From Porticoccus sp. (GTDB lineage: Bacteria > Pseudomonadota > Gammaproteobacteria > Pseudomonadales > Porticoccaceae), in NCBI RefSeq assembly GCF_047634355.1, contig NZ_JBLIAL010000003.1: a stretch of DNA of 64,000 bases; one strand, written 5' to 3'. The translations under genes and the position numbers were made by a program. Of the stretch, positions 12,219 through 22,887 are shown piece by piece. Numbering within the stretch: the first letter of the stretch is position 1; the number at the start of each line of letters is the position of its first letter. Below the pieces are notes generated by a model. It ran no database searches. It was not told the DNA's origin and saw only the letters and a list, made by a program, of their open reading frames with translations.

Positions 12219-12358
12219 CACCTATCTGGCATTACCATAACAGAGAGAAAACTAATTATAGTTATATTTATCAGCAAGTTATCTAATGCAATAGGTTTTA
12301 TGTTATACACAGAAAAAAAGTTTGTAATGGTTGTTTTTTAATCAAAAACTGTGGATAA
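12212..12358. promoter_or_regulatory. DnaA-box cluster A (dnaA-proximal) with IHF site
   Basis: TTATCCACA 12212-12220, TTATACACA 12303-12311, TGTGGATAA 12350-12358; IHF-type TATCAG-CAAG-TTA 12269-12281; AT-rich 12245-12345. Confidence 0.85.
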
Positions 12359-12464
12359 CCTGTTATCAAAATGTGTGTTTACTGGGGATTTGCTGTCAAA
12401 GAGATCTAGTGGGCAGGCGGTGTTACTGGCCTGCAGTGATTAATGACTGTCCGTCCCAATAAAG

Positions 12465-13838
12465 TCATTTTCCGATGCAAAAACTGGAAAAAATTTCGCC
12501 CAGTAGATCATCCGGGGTAAATTCACCTGTAATTTCAGCCAGGCACTGCTGGGCCAAACGCAAATCTTCGGCAAGTAACTCGCCCGCACCAGCCTCATTG
12601 AGTTGTTTTTCGCCACTACACAGGTATTGCTGGGTACGCTGCAAGGCATCAAGGTGGCGCCGTCTGGCGCTAAAACTCCCCGTCTCGCTACCCGAATAAC
12701 CCATGCACTGCTTGAGATGGTCAACCAGGTAATTCAGCCCATGGTTCTGTTTGGCCGAGATTGTCACTACCGGATGCCCCTGATTCTCTGTGATGCCCAC
12801 CGGAATGTCTGACACATCCGCTTTATTCAAGATGAAACTGATATTTTCGGCCTGTGGAAACCTCCTAAAATACTCCGGCCAGTTCTTTTGTGGATCCAGC
12901 GAATAGGGTTGGCTGCTATCCACCACAAACAGAACCCGATCCGCCTCTTCTATTGCCTGCCAGGCGCGACGGATACCTTCCTGCTCAATCGGGTCACCAG
13001 ACTCGCGCAAGCCCGCTGTGTCGATGATATGCAGCGGCATCCCGTCCAGACTGATCTCTTCGCGTAATAAATCCCTGGTGGTCCCCTCTATATCAGTGAC
13101 TATTGCACTGTCCCTACCCGACAGCGCATTGAGTAAACTGGACTTGCCGGCATTGGGCTTACCTGCAATAACGACAGTCATACCCTCTTTCAACAGGGCA
13201 CCCTGTTTTGCTTGATCAAAAACCCCATCAAACCGGGTAACAATCTCATGCAGATCTGCGCTGACCCGGCCATCAGCCAAAAAGTCGATTTCTTCCTCGG
13301 GAAAATCAATGGCCGCTTCCACATAAACCCGCAGAGCGGTCAATGCCTCCAGTAATTGGTGGATGCTTGTGGAGAAAGCCCCCTGCAGAGAGCGGACTGC
13401 ACAACGGGCAGCCTGCACTGAGGTGGCATCTATGAGATCGGCAATGGCTTCGGCCTGGGTCAGATCGAGCTTGTCATTGAGAAAAGCACGTTGTGAGAAC
13501 TCGCCGGGCAAGGCCAGCCTGGCTCCCAGCTCAACGGCCCGCTGTAGCAGCATATCCATGATAACCGGACCACCATGCCCCTGCAGTTCGAGCACATGCT
13601 CTCCGGTAAAGGAATGGGGTGCAGGAAAATAGATCGCCAGACCGCGATCAATCACCTGAGAATTGCCGTCGTGAAAGTCTGTAAAAACAGCTTTGCGGGA
13701 TTCCAGGCTCTTCCCAATTAACCCCTCGACAAAGGGACCCAGTGCGGCCCCTGAAATACGTATCACGCCGACCCCACCGCGGCCCGGTGGAGTCGCCACT
13801 GCGACAATAACATCCTGATCGTGACTGGGGCTGTTCAT
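12465..13838 (-). CDS. mnmE: tRNA modification GTPase MnmE (TrmE)
   Basis: [41 protein letters not shown]-terminus. Confidence 0.99.
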   Translation of the reverse strand: MNSPSHDQDVIVAVATPPGRGGVGVIRISGAALGPFVEGLIGKSLESRKAVFTDFHDGNSQVIDRGLAIYFPAPHSFTGEHVLELQGHGGPVIMDMLLQRAVELGARLALPGEFSQRAFLNDKLDLTQAEAIADLIDATSVQAARCAVRSLQGAFSTSIHQLLEALTALRVYVEAAIDFPEEEIDFLADGRVSADLHEIVTRFDGVFDQAKQGALLKEGMTVVIAGKPNAGKSSLLNALSGRDSAIVTDIEGTTRDLLREEISLDGMPLHIIDTAGLRESGDPIEQEGIRRAWQAIEEADRVLFVVDSSQPYSLDPQKNWPEYFRRFPQAENISFILNKADVSDIPVGITENQGHPVVTISAKQNHGLNYLVDHLKQCMGYSGSETGSFSARRRHLDALQRTQQYLCSGEKQLNEAGAGELLAEDLRLAQQCLAEITGEFTPDDLLGEIFSSFCIGK

Positions 13839-13876
13839 GTATCACCAAAAAGGCTCCCGGAGGAGCCTTGAAGTAT

Positions 13877-15583
13877 TTATTTCTTTTTCGCTGAAGCCGC
13901 TTCTATCTGACGGGTGATCATCCACTGTTGAAGGATCGAAAGAAGGTTGTTTACTGTCCAGTAAAGCACCAGGCCGGCCGGAAAAAACATAAAGAAAAAA
14001 GTAAAGGCAATTGGCATCATTTGCATGATTTTTGCTTGAGTAGGGTCTGGAGGCGTGGGATTCAACTTCTGTTGAATAAACATGCTGGCACCCATGAGCA
14101 ACGGCAGGATAAACAGCGGATCCTTGACGGATAAATCCTGAATCCAGAGTATCCAGGGCGCATGTCGCAACTCCACACTCTCAAACAACACCCAATAAAG
14201 CGCAATGAAAACCGGCATCTGCACTAGGATTGGCAGGCACCCACCCATGGGATTAACCTTTTCACGCTTGTACAGGTTCATTGTCTCCTGGGAGAGTTTC
14301 TGGCGATCATCCCCGTAGAGATCTTTCAGGCGCATCATTTCTGGCTGCAAGCGACGCATGTTCGCCATGGAACGATAGCTGGTAGCTGACAGTTTGTAGA
14401 ATGCCGCCTTGATGAAGATGGTCAAAAGAATAATCGACCAACCCCAATTTCCGATCAATTCGTGCAGCTGGTAGAGCACCCAGAACAACGGTTTGGAAAC
14501 CCACCAGAGCCAACCGTAATCCACGGTCAAATCAAGGTAAGGGGAAATCTTTTCCAGCCTGTATTGATCTTTGGGGCCAGCATAAAATTCGGCCCTGAAC
14601 TCCCCGGTAGTGCCGGGTTCAACTAATTTCTGAGGCGAAGTAAAACCGATGGCATAAAGATCCTGATTGCCAAGCTGACGCAGTGAAAAAGTGTTGGTTG
14701 TTGATTGATCCGGAATCCAGGCACTGATGAAATAGTGTTGAATCATCGCAACCCAGCCACCTGTCAGGCTGTCCTTGAAGGGTTTTTCAGCGAGATCACC
14801 GAAATCGAGCTTTTTGTAGTTTTCTTCTGTAGTCCGTAGCGCTGCACCTACATAGGGGTTCATCCCCATTCCGGTAGCCACCTGGGGCTCATGACTGTCG
14901 CGCTTGATCTGGCCAAACAAGCCCGCCTTCCAGTTATCAGTACCCCGATTGTTGACCAGATAACTCACCTGGATCAGATGATCGCCCCGGCTAAAGGTGA
15001 ACCGTTTGGTAATGATCACGTCATTCTGCTGGAAAACCATGTCAACCTGGAGCTGGTCAGAATCTCCAGCGAGTTGATAGTCATTTTTTGCAGCCTTGAA
15101 GAGCGGACGCCCTTCCGTGTTATCTGTGCCGTCGGCTCCGATCAAGCCGCTTTGTGCAATATAAGTCGTACTGGCTGTCTGGTTGAGCAGTACAAAAGGC
15201 GAGGAATCCTCTTCCAGCTCCGTCAAGTGTTCTGGCAACGCCACCCGAACAATATCGCCACCCCGGGTGTCAATCAGCACATTGAGCACATCTGTGGATA
15301 CAGATAACAAACGGTCTTCCGTCGTTTTCGGTGCTGTCGATTCAACGGGTGTTGACGTTACCGGGGAAGTATCACTTTGTAGTGCAGGTATTTCGTTATC
15401 AGCAGAAGCCGGTGTTACATCACTGGGTGTTTGTGCCGTTTCCGGGGCTAAAACAGTTTCTTCAGAAACAGCACTCTGATTTTCCTGCTGAGAACTCTGG
15501 AAAGTGTCCCACTCAAGAAACAACATATAAAGCACTACCAGCATGCCAGCTATCAGTAATGAACGTTGCCAATCCATAGTCAT
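13877..15583 (-). CDS. yidC: Membrane protein insertase YidC
   Basis: FYAGPK, VDYGWLW, GNWGWSII, NPMGGCLP, PAGLVLYW; true start may be ATG at 15577 (MDWQR). Confidence 0.98.
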   Translation of the reverse strand: MTMDWQRSLLIAGMLVVLYMLFLEWDTFQSSQQENQSAVSEETVLAPETAQTPSDVTPASADNEIPALQSDTSPVTSTPVESTAPKTTEDRLLSVSTDVLNVLIDTRGGDIVRVALPEHLTELEEDSSPFVLLNQTASTTYIAQSGLIGADGTDNTEGRPLFKAAKNDYQLAGDSDQLQVDMVFQQNDVIITKRFTFSRGDHLIQVSYLVNNRGTDNWKAGLFGQIKRDSHEPQVATGMGMNPYVGAALRTTEENYKKLDFGDLAEKPFKDSLTGGWVAMIQHYFISAWIPDQSTTNTFSLRQLGNQDLYAIGFTSPQKLVEPGTTGEFRAEFYAGPKDQYRLEKISPYLDLTVDYGWLWWVSKPLFWVLYQLHELIGNWGWSIILLTIFIKAAFYKLSATSYRSMANMRRLQPEMMRLKDLYGDDRQKLSQETMNLYKREKVNPMGGCLPILVQMPVFIALYWVLFESVELRHAPWILWIQDLSVKDPLFILPLLMGASMFIQQKLNPTPPDPTQAKIMQMMPIAFTFFFMFFPAGLVLYWTVNNLLSILQQWMITRQIEAASAKKK

Positions 15584-15814
15584 TTAACTCTTTTCTTTTT
15601 CAGATTGCGGTACGGGGTCATAGCCACCCGCATGAAAGGGGTGACACTTTAACAGACGCTTAAACCCAAGATAGCCCCCTTTTGAAACACCATGCACTTT
15701 GATGGCCTCTTCTGCATAGCAGGAACAACTGGGATAAAACCGACAGTTTTTTCCCAACAGAGGGCTTATCAGGTACTGATAGCCCCTCAGCATAGCCAAC
15801 AATAATGAACGCAT
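15584..15814 (-). CDS. yidD: Membrane protein insertion efficiency factor YidD
   Basis: [18 protein letters not shown] and [13 protein letters not shown]. Confidence 0.96.
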   Translation of the reverse strand: MRSLLLAMLRGYQYLISPLLGKNCRFYPSCSCYAEEAIKVHGVSKGGYLGFKRLLKCHPFHAGGYDPVPQSEKEKS

Positions 15815-15816
15815 GA

Positions 15817-16182
15817 TTACTGTTCTGCCTGAAGCTTTCGTGATAACCGACGCCAGCTGTTTTCCAGCAGGTCGGTTTGTTCCCTGGGTGTCAAACGATC
15901 CATACCCTGACGTGCCAGAAATACGATATCAAGGGAGTCAAGGAGGCTTTGAGAGTGACGAAAGGTTTCACGAACAACTCGCTTTACACGATTGCGATCT
16001 ACCGATCGACGAATGTTTTTTTTTGCTACCACGAGACCGAGACGTGGCTGGCAAAGCCCGTTAGGCCTGGCCAGCAATAAAAGGTTGGGATGCGCTACTT
16101 TGTAACAGGTATCGGAAAAAACAGCCTGGTAAGCCCGGGCTGTTAATAGACGCTTGTTTCTGCCAAAAGAACTCTCGGGCAC
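15817..16182 (-). CDS. rnpA: Ribonuclease P protein component
   Basis: [33 protein letters not shown] (RNR motif); start assigned to GTG 16182 by alignment with known RnpA N-termini. Confidence 0.93.
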   Translation of the reverse strand: MPESSFGRNKRLLTARAYQAVFSDTCYKVAHPNLLLLARPNGLCQPRLGLVVAKKNIRRSVDRNRVKRVVRETFRHSQSLLDSLDIVFLARQGMDRLTPREQTDLLENSWRRLSRKLQAEQ

Positions 16183-16208
16183 AGGACTGCCCTGGTCGAG
16201 GGTAACAA

Positions 16209-16343
16209 TCAGGCGGCCAGACGCTTCCGGCCCTTGGCCCGGCGACGGTTTATTAGCTGGCGACCATTTTTTGTTGCCATGCGTGCACGAAATCCGTGGG
16301 TACGCTTGCGCTTTAATACACTGGGCTGGAATGTTCTTTTCAT
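16209..16343 (-). CDS. rpmH: 50S ribosomal protein L34
   Basis: Translated by hand (below the ORF-track cutoff): [44 protein letters not shown], 44 aa. Confidence 0.99.
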   Translation of the reverse strand: MKRTFQPSVLKRKRTHGFRARMATKNGRQLINRRRAKGRKRLAA

Positions 16344-16387
16344 GGCGTACTTCCTTAAGCTGGCCTGTTACCTTCAAAGGGCGGGGG

Positions 16388-16416
16388 ATTTTAAAGAATA
16401 TCCGGTGCCAGATCAA
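16388..16416 (-). promoter_or_regulatory. Putative sigma70 promoter of the rpmH operon
   Basis: Minus strand TTGATC-17 bp-TAAAAT, about 45 nt upstream of the rpmH ATG. Confidence 0.65.
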
Positions 16417-16457
16417 TCAAAGATATTTACCCGCAAGCAAATAACCCGGAAGTAAAC

Positions 16458-16790
16458 TTACCCACAGGCTGGCCAGTGGTTAAAACCCGGTTATCCACAT
16501 CTGTGTTAAAACTGTGGGTAACTCACGGGAAAATTCAGTGGATTACCTATGAACTGAATTGTGGGTAACTCATGATAAATAACAGCTGTGCACAACTGGC
16601 ATATTCACCCACAGGTTACACAAAGCAAAGGAGCCCTTTCAAAGCAACTTACCAAGTGTTTTTAATCGCCAGTAAGTTATTGATAATAAATATATATTTA
16701 AATATAACCACAGATTAACCGTTGTATATATATAACTACTACTTATTAATATCTATATAAAGAAAATATACTTGATCTATTTTTATAATT
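16458..16790. other. Probable oriC (cluster B): DnaA boxes, IHF site and DNA unwinding element
   Basis: Boxes TTACCCACA 16458, TTATCCACA 16491, TGTGGGTAA 16513 and 16560, TGTGCACAA 16588; IHF TAA-GTTA-TTGATA 16673-16685; very AT-rich 16670-16790; trio-like AAT-AAG-TAG-TAG (minus strand 16736-16747); 13-mer-like GATCTATTTTTAT 16774-16786; strand bias of flanking genes switches here. Confidence 0.8.
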
Positions 16791-16802
16791 GCCCGGTGTT
16801 TG

Positions 16803-16841
16803 ACTGCACACAGTCCCCGGAGCGGGGAATCTGTGTGCAGT
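16803..16841. repeat. Strong inverted repeat beside the unwinding element
   Basis: ACTGCACACAG-TCCCC-ggagc-GGGGA-at-CTGTGTGCAGT (11+5 bp stem). Confidence 0.85.
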
Positions 16842-16928
16842 ATGGAAACAACGAAACGGTTAATTTATAGGCAATTTACTTTATACTCCCTGCCCTTGAT
16901 TAAAAAACCAGAGAATAGTCTTTTGCCC

Positions 16929-18821
16929 ATGTATTACCCGGAAAAGTTCGATGTCATTGTTATTGGTGGCGGCCATGCCGGCACTGAAGCCTGCTTGGCT
17001 GCAGCTCGAATGGGCTGTAAGACCCTTTTGCTCACACATAACATTGAAACTTTAGGACAGATGTCCTGTAACCCTGCGATTGGCGGGATCGGCAAAAGTC
17101 ATCTGGTGAAGGAAGTGGATGCCCTGGGTGGTGTCATGGCTCGTGCAACGGATCTCAGCGGCATTCAGTTTCGAACGCTCAATGCCCGAAAAGGCCCGGC
17201 TGTCAGGGCAACCAGAGCCCAGGCAGACCGTATTTTATACAAGGCAGCTGTCCGACAAGTTCTGGAGAATCAGCCCAATTTGTGGATTTTCCAGCAGGCA
17301 GCTGAAGATCTGATTATGTCCGGCACCCGGGTGAGCGGTGTGGTGACGCAGATGGGGTTGCGTTTTGAGGCGAAAACCATTGTTTTGACAGCGGGCACCT
17401 TCCTTGCCGGAAAAATTCATATCGGGATGGAAAACTATGCCGGGGGGCGGGCCGGGGATCCTCCTGCAATGGGGTTGGCGGCAAAGCTCCGGGAGTTACC
17501 CCTGCGGGTTGACCGATTAAAGACTGGCACGCCGCCAAGAATCGATGCGAGAAGCGTCAATCTTGAGGGGCTTCAGGTCCAGTGGGGCGATACGCCGGAA
17601 CCTGTCATGTCATTTCTCGGAGATACCTCTCAGCACCCGCAGCAAACCTGTTGTTACATTACCTACACCAACGAGCGCACCCATGAAATTATTCGTGGTG
17701 GAATGGACCGTTCACCGATGTATACCGGTGTAATTGAGGGCGTTGGCCCACGGTACTGCCCTTCCATCGAAGACAAGGTAGTCCGTTTTGCTGACAAGCA
17801 AAGTCATCAGATATTCATCGAACCAGAGGGGCTGACAACCCATGAGCTCTACCCCAATGGAATTTCGACCAGCTTGCCTTTTGATGTGCAAATGGAGCTG
17901 GTTCGATCAATAGCCGGCTTTGAAAACGCGCATATAACCCGACCTGGTTATGCCATTGAGTACGACTATTTCAATCCGCAGGATTTACAGTACTCATTGG
18001 AGAGCAAACATATTGACGGGTTATTCTTTGCTGGGCAGATTAACGGCACGACTGGGTATGAGGAAGCTGCCGCCCAGGGCTTATTGGCTGGTTTGAATGC
18101 CGGGCTACAGAGTCGCGAAATGGCGCCATGGTGTCCCCGACGCGATGAAGCCTATATTGGCGTGCTGGTAGATGACCTGATCACCATGGGGACGCACGAA
18201 CCCTATCGGATGTTTACCAGTCGCGCTGAATACCGATTGTTGTTGCGGCAGGACAATGCGGACATGCGGCTCACCGAAAAAGGGCGGGAGTTGGGGTTGG
18301 TTGATGATCAACGTTGGCAGCGCTTCTGTGAAAAAAGTGAAGCGGTAGCGCGAGAGCAGCAGCGATTGAAGAGTTGCTGGGTCCAGCCTGGCAGTCCCCA
18401 GGCAGCAATGATTGCCGAAAAAACCGGCTCTGTGCCAATGCATGAATACAGTTTCTTCGAACTGTTGAAACGACCGGAGCTGCATTACGACGATATTCAA
18501 TCACTGCAGGAAGCGCCGTTGGATATTGCCGGGGAGGTGGCCGAACAGGTTGAGATAGATGCCAAGTATGCCGGTTACATCGCACGCCAGCAGGACGAAA
18601 TTGCTCGCATGCAGCGTCAGGAAAACACCCCGATACCTGCCGATTTTGACTTCAGTGCGGTCAAGGGGTTGTCCAACGAGGTCAAGCAGAAGTTGATGGC
18701 CGCACGCCCGGATACCCTGTCGAGGGCCTCTCGTATACCGGGTGTCACACCAGCGGCAATATCCCTGCTACTGATCTATCTCAAGCGAAAATCCATGGTT
18801 GAAAAGAAGATCGCTTCCTAG
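16929..18821 (+). CDS. mnmG: tRNA uridine-5-carboxymethylaminomethyl modification enzyme MnmG (GidA)
   Basis: [50 protein letters not shown]; start ATG 16929. Confidence 0.99.
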   Translation: MYYPEKFDVIVIGGGHAGTEACLAAARMGCKTLLLTHNIETLGQMSCNPAIGGIGKSHLVKEVDALGGVMARATDLSGIQFRTLNARKGPAVRATRAQADRILYKAAVRQVLENQPNLWIFQQAAEDLIMSGTRVSGVVTQMGLRFEAKTIVLTAGTFLAGKIHIGMENYAGGRAGDPPAMGLAAKLRELPLRVDRLKTGTPPRIDARSVNLEGLQVQWGDTPEPVMSFLGDTSQHPQQTCCYITYTNERTHEIIRGGMDRSPMYTGVIEGVGPRYCPSIEDKVVRFADKQSHQIFIEPEGLTTHELYPNGISTSLPFDVQMELVRSIAGFENAHITRPGYAIEYDYFNPQDLQYSLESKHIDGLFFAGQINGTTGYEEAAAQGLLAGLNAGLQSREMAPWCPRRDEAYIGVLVDDLITMGTHEPYRMFTSRAEYRLLLRQDNADMRLTEKGRELGLVDDQRWQRFCEKSEAVAREQQRLKSCWVQPGSPQAAMIAEKTGSVPMHEYSFFELLKRPELHYDDIQSLQEAPLDIAGEVAEQVEIDAKYAGYIARQQDEIARMQRQENTPIPADFDFSAVKGLSNEVKQKLMAARPDTLSRASRIPGVTPAAISLLLIYLKRKSMVEKKIAS

Positions 18822-19448
18822 ATGCCAGGTCGGGAACAGATACTTCGGGATGGGCTGGAAACGCTGGGTTTAGCCCTGAAGGATGAGCAGATCCATGCAC
18901 TTTTTGCCTACCTGTCGTTATTGCAACAGTGGAATAACGCCTACAACTTGACCGCTATCCGCGACCCCGAAATGATGGTTACTCATCATTTGCTGGATAG
19001 CCTCAGTATAGCTACGCGAGTAAAGGGAATGCGTATCATTGATGTGGGGACAGGTCCGGGTTTGCCCGGTATACCGCTCGCGATATGCTTCCCGGAACGC
19101 CAGTTCATCCTGCTCGATAGCAATGGCAAAAAAACCCGCTTTCTCTTTCAGGTAAAAACCACACTCGGTTTAGGTAATGTGCAGCAACTGCAGTCCCGAG
19201 TAGAAACCTATCGCCCGGATCAGCCCTTCGATGCCGTCATCAGTCGCGCATTTACCAGTCTGGCGGGCATGATTGAGAGCTGTGCCCATCTGCTATCGAA
19301 GGATGGGCGTTTCTATGCCATGAAGGGGCAATATCCTGAGCAGGAGTTGAGCGATCTGCCAAAACACTATAATGTCGTCGGCTCACACCGGCTTGTTGTT
19401 CCCGGTATTGAAGGTCATCGGCACCTGATAGAAATTGCGCCCGCCTGA
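18822..19448 (+). CDS. rsmG: 16S rRNA m7G527 methyltransferase RsmG (GidB)
   Basis: WNNAYNLTAI, HLLDSL, DVGTGPGLPG, SRAF. Confidence 0.97.
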   Translation: MPGREQILRDGLETLGLALKDEQIHALFAYLSLLQQWNNAYNLTAIRDPEMMVTHHLLDSLSIATRVKGMRIIDVGTGPGLPGIPLAICFPERQFILLDSNGKKTRFLFQVKTTLGLGNVQQLQSRVETYRPDQPFDAVISRAFTSLAGMIESCAHLLSKDGRFYAMKGQYPEQELSDLPKHYNVVGSHRLVVPGIEGHRHLIEIAPA

Positions 19449-19458
19449 GGACATTGCT

Positions 19459-20253
19459 TTGAGTCAAACATTTGCCATTGCCAACCAGAAGGGTGGCGTG
19501 GGGAAAACCACCACCAGTGTAAATCTGGCGGCCTCACTGGCCAGCTACAACAAGCGTATCCTGCTGGTGGATATGGATCCCCAGGGTAATGCCACCATGG
19601 GCTGCGGTATCGAAAAAAGTCAGCTGCAAATAACCATCCTTGATGTGCTGACCGGCGACATCAAAACAGAAGATGCACTGCAGCGCTGTGAGACAGGCAA
19701 CTTTGATCTGTTACCAGCCAATGGTGACCTCACTGCAGCCGAAGTGGAATTGCTTCGAGTGAACAATAAAGAGAGCCGGTTGCGGCATGCGTTGGCAAGA
19801 GTGAAAAGCAGTTACGATTACATCGTCATCGATTGTCCCCCGTCGCTCAGTATGTTGACAGTAAACTCGCTGGTGGCCTGTGATGGCGTCATCATACCCA
19901 TGCAGTGTGAATACTATGCCCTGGAGGGATTATCGGCGTTGATGACGACGATCGGGAGGATAGGGAAATTCCTCAATCCAAAACTGCAGGTTGAGGGTAT
20001 CCTGCGGACCATGTACGACCCCAGAAATAGTCTGACCAACGAGGTTACCGCGCAGTTGCGAAGGCACTTTGGAGACAAAATCTACCGTATCGCCATCCCG
20101 CGCAATGTCCGACTGGCTGAGGCACCCAGCTACGGCCAGCCGGCTCTCAGCTATGACAAACATTCCAAAGGTGCACTTGCTTACCTGGGACTGGCAGGGG
20201 AAATCATTCGCAGAGGCAAATCGGCGAGAGTACAGATTGACAGAGCAGGTTAA
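19459..20253 (+). CDS. parA: Chromosome partitioning ATPase ParA/Soj
   Basis: NQKGGVGKTTT, DPQGNAT, DCPPSL, PRNVRLAEAPS; TTG start with GAGG RBS. Confidence 0.97.
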   Translation: MSQTFAIANQKGGVGKTTTSVNLAASLASYNKRILLVDMDPQGNATMGCGIEKSQLQITILDVLTGDIKTEDALQRCETGNFDLLPANGDLTAAEVELLRVNNKESRLRHALARVKSSYDYIVIDCPPSLSMLTVNSLVACDGVIIPMQCEYYALEGLSALMTTIGRIGKFLNPKLQVEGILRTMYDPRNSLTNEVTAQLRRHFGDKIYRIAIPRNVRLAEAPSYGQPALSYDKHSKGALAYLGLAGEIIRRGKSARVQIDRAG

Positions 20254-20257
20254 CGTT

Positions 20258-21124
20258 ATGGTCAGAAGAAAAGGTTTGGGGCGGGGCCTGGATGCACTGT
20301 TAGGTGTTGAGGGTGACGAGGAGGCTTTAACTTCTCAGCACGTGCCGGAAGGCGATCACCTGAGAGAATTACCGCTAGAGTTTATGACCCGTGGCAAATA
20401 TCAGCCACGTCGGGATATGCACCCTGAAGCACTGGAGGAGCTTGCCAACTCCATTCGTGTGCAAGGGGTTATGCAACCCATTGTGGTGCGAGCCATTGGT
20501 GTCGACAGCTATGAGATCATTGCCGGAGAGCGCCGTTGGAGAGCGGCCCAGCAGGTCGGCCTGGAGACCATACCGGCGCTGATCAGGAATGTATCAGACG
20601 AAGCTGCCATTGCAATGGCGTTGATTGAAAATATTCAACGCGAAGATCTCAATGCAATGGAGGAAGCCCAGGCACTCACTCGTTTGCAACAGGAGTTTGG
20701 TCTGACCCAGCAACAGGTGTCGGATGCGGTGGGTAAACCTCGCAGTACAGTAGCGAACATCATGCGCCTGATGAGCCTCGAGGAAGACGTACAAAAACTG
20801 CTTGAGCACGGTGACCTGGAGGCCGGCCACGCCAAGGCACTGCTTGGATTGTCAGGTCTCATGCAGGCTGAGGTGGCCAGAACCGCCGTGGCAAAAGGGT
20901 TGACTGTCCGACAAACGGAAGCGCTGGTGAGAAAAATGCTCCAACCGCCGGTCGAGAAAGAGAAACAAAAAGAAAATAGTGATATCAGGGTGTTGCAGGA
21001 CAAGCTATCAGAGCAAATCGGTGTCCCCGTACTGATTGAGCATTCAACCAAAGGCAAGGGAAAGCTGACCCTTAAATACAACAGTCTGGATGAGTTGGAA
21101 GGTATTCTTGAACACATAAAATAG
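20258..21124 (+). CDS. parB: Chromosome partitioning protein ParB
   Basis: KGLGRGLDALL, IIAGERRWRAA, ENIQREDL, HTH; start ATG 20258. Confidence 0.97.
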   Translation: MVRRKGLGRGLDALLGVEGDEEALTSQHVPEGDHLRELPLEFMTRGKYQPRRDMHPEALEELANSIRVQGVMQPIVVRAIGVDSYEIIAGERRWRAAQQVGLETIPALIRNVSDEAAIAMALIENIQREDLNAMEEAQALTRLQQEFGLTQQQVSDAVGKPRSTVANIMRLMSLEEDVQKLLEHGDLEAGHAKALLGLSGLMQAEVARTAVAKGLTVRQTEALVRKMLQPPVEKEKQKENSDIRVLQDKLSEQIGVPVLIEHSTKGKGKLTLKYNSLDELEGILEHIK

Positions 21125-21201
21125 CGCCAGGCCATAAGCGGCATCAATGGTGGCTATTTATTCCAAAGCGCTCCAAAACTTACTTGGTTGGCAAAGTTTA
21201 G

Positions 21202-21230
21202 TTGAATCTGCAACTTGTACTACCTATAAT
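21202..21230 (+). promoter_or_regulatory. sigma70 promoter of the atp operon
   Basis: TTGAAT-17 bp-TATAAT. Confidence 0.8.
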
Positions 21231-21295
21231 TGCCGCCCGTTTGGGTTGGCAAAATTGTCAGCTCAAGCAGAGAAAGCACGGATGGGGGGTAGCAA

Positions 21296-21679
21296 ATGAA
21301 AGCTACCATTAAATCTCCGCCGGTAGCTCGAATAGCGCTGGTTCAACTGATGGTTTTATTAGTTGTGGCGTTGGCCTTACTACCGGTTGATAGAGTACTG
21401 TGCTGGTCCTTGCTGATTGGTGGGGTAATTCAAATAGGCCCACAAGCCTATTTAACCCGACAAGCCTTTCGCCATATGGGAGCCAGGCAGACCCCAAAAA
21501 TAATACGTGCCATATACAGGGGAGAGACGGGCAAGTTATTGCTCACGGTTGTGTTGTTTGGTTTGACATTTAGTTATGTGTCGCCAGTCAGTTTACCCGG
21601 CGTTTTTCTCGGTTATGGTGCCATGATAATTGTGCAGTGCTTTTGCGCGGCACGGGTATTAAGTCAATCGAGCAATTAG
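21296..21679 (+). CDS. atpI: ATP synthase protein I
   Basis: 127-aa hydrophobic protein, YRGETGK motif, first gene of the atp operon. Confidence 0.88.
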   Translation: MKATIKSPPVARIALVQLMVLLVVALALLPVDRVLCWSLLIGGVIQIGPQAYLTRQAFRHMGARQTPKIIRAIYRGETGKLLLTVVLFGLTFSYVSPVSLPGVFLGYGAMIIVQCFCAARVLSQSSN

Positions 21680-21694
21680 ACCACGCTGGTTTGA

Positions 21695-22567
<873 letters not shown>

Positions 22568-22599
22568 TTTACTTTTAACTTTACTACTACAGTCATTAG

Positions 22600-22839
<240 letters not shown>

Positions 22840-22887
22840 GCAACAACAACCCGATTCTTTTTTTAACCCTAGGAACGAGGTGTTGGC

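Noticed and set aside
13112-13119. KOPS-like GGGNAGGG on the minus strand inside the inverted block (another at 16888-16895)
   Set aside because: One or two 8-mers cannot establish replichore polarity; a genome-wide count is needed.
15817-16416. 199-aa ORF-track call that would make an N-terminally extended RnpA
   Set aside because: The extension is an off-frame read-through of rpmH and its promoter; the RnpA-like sequence begins near 16182.
16800-16928. 43-aa N-terminal extension of MnmG (similar over-long starts for plsC, parB, rsmB, znuB, dctP)
   Set aside because: These are longest-ORF artefacts; family-typical starts lie downstream.
16344-16928. Dam/SeqA-type GATC clustering in the origin
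   Set aside because: I saw only two GATC sites (16411, 16774), so no E. coli-like enrichment.
20635-21147. 170-aa antisense ORF over parB
   Set aside because: Shadow ORF of a conserved gene; no motifs or RBS.
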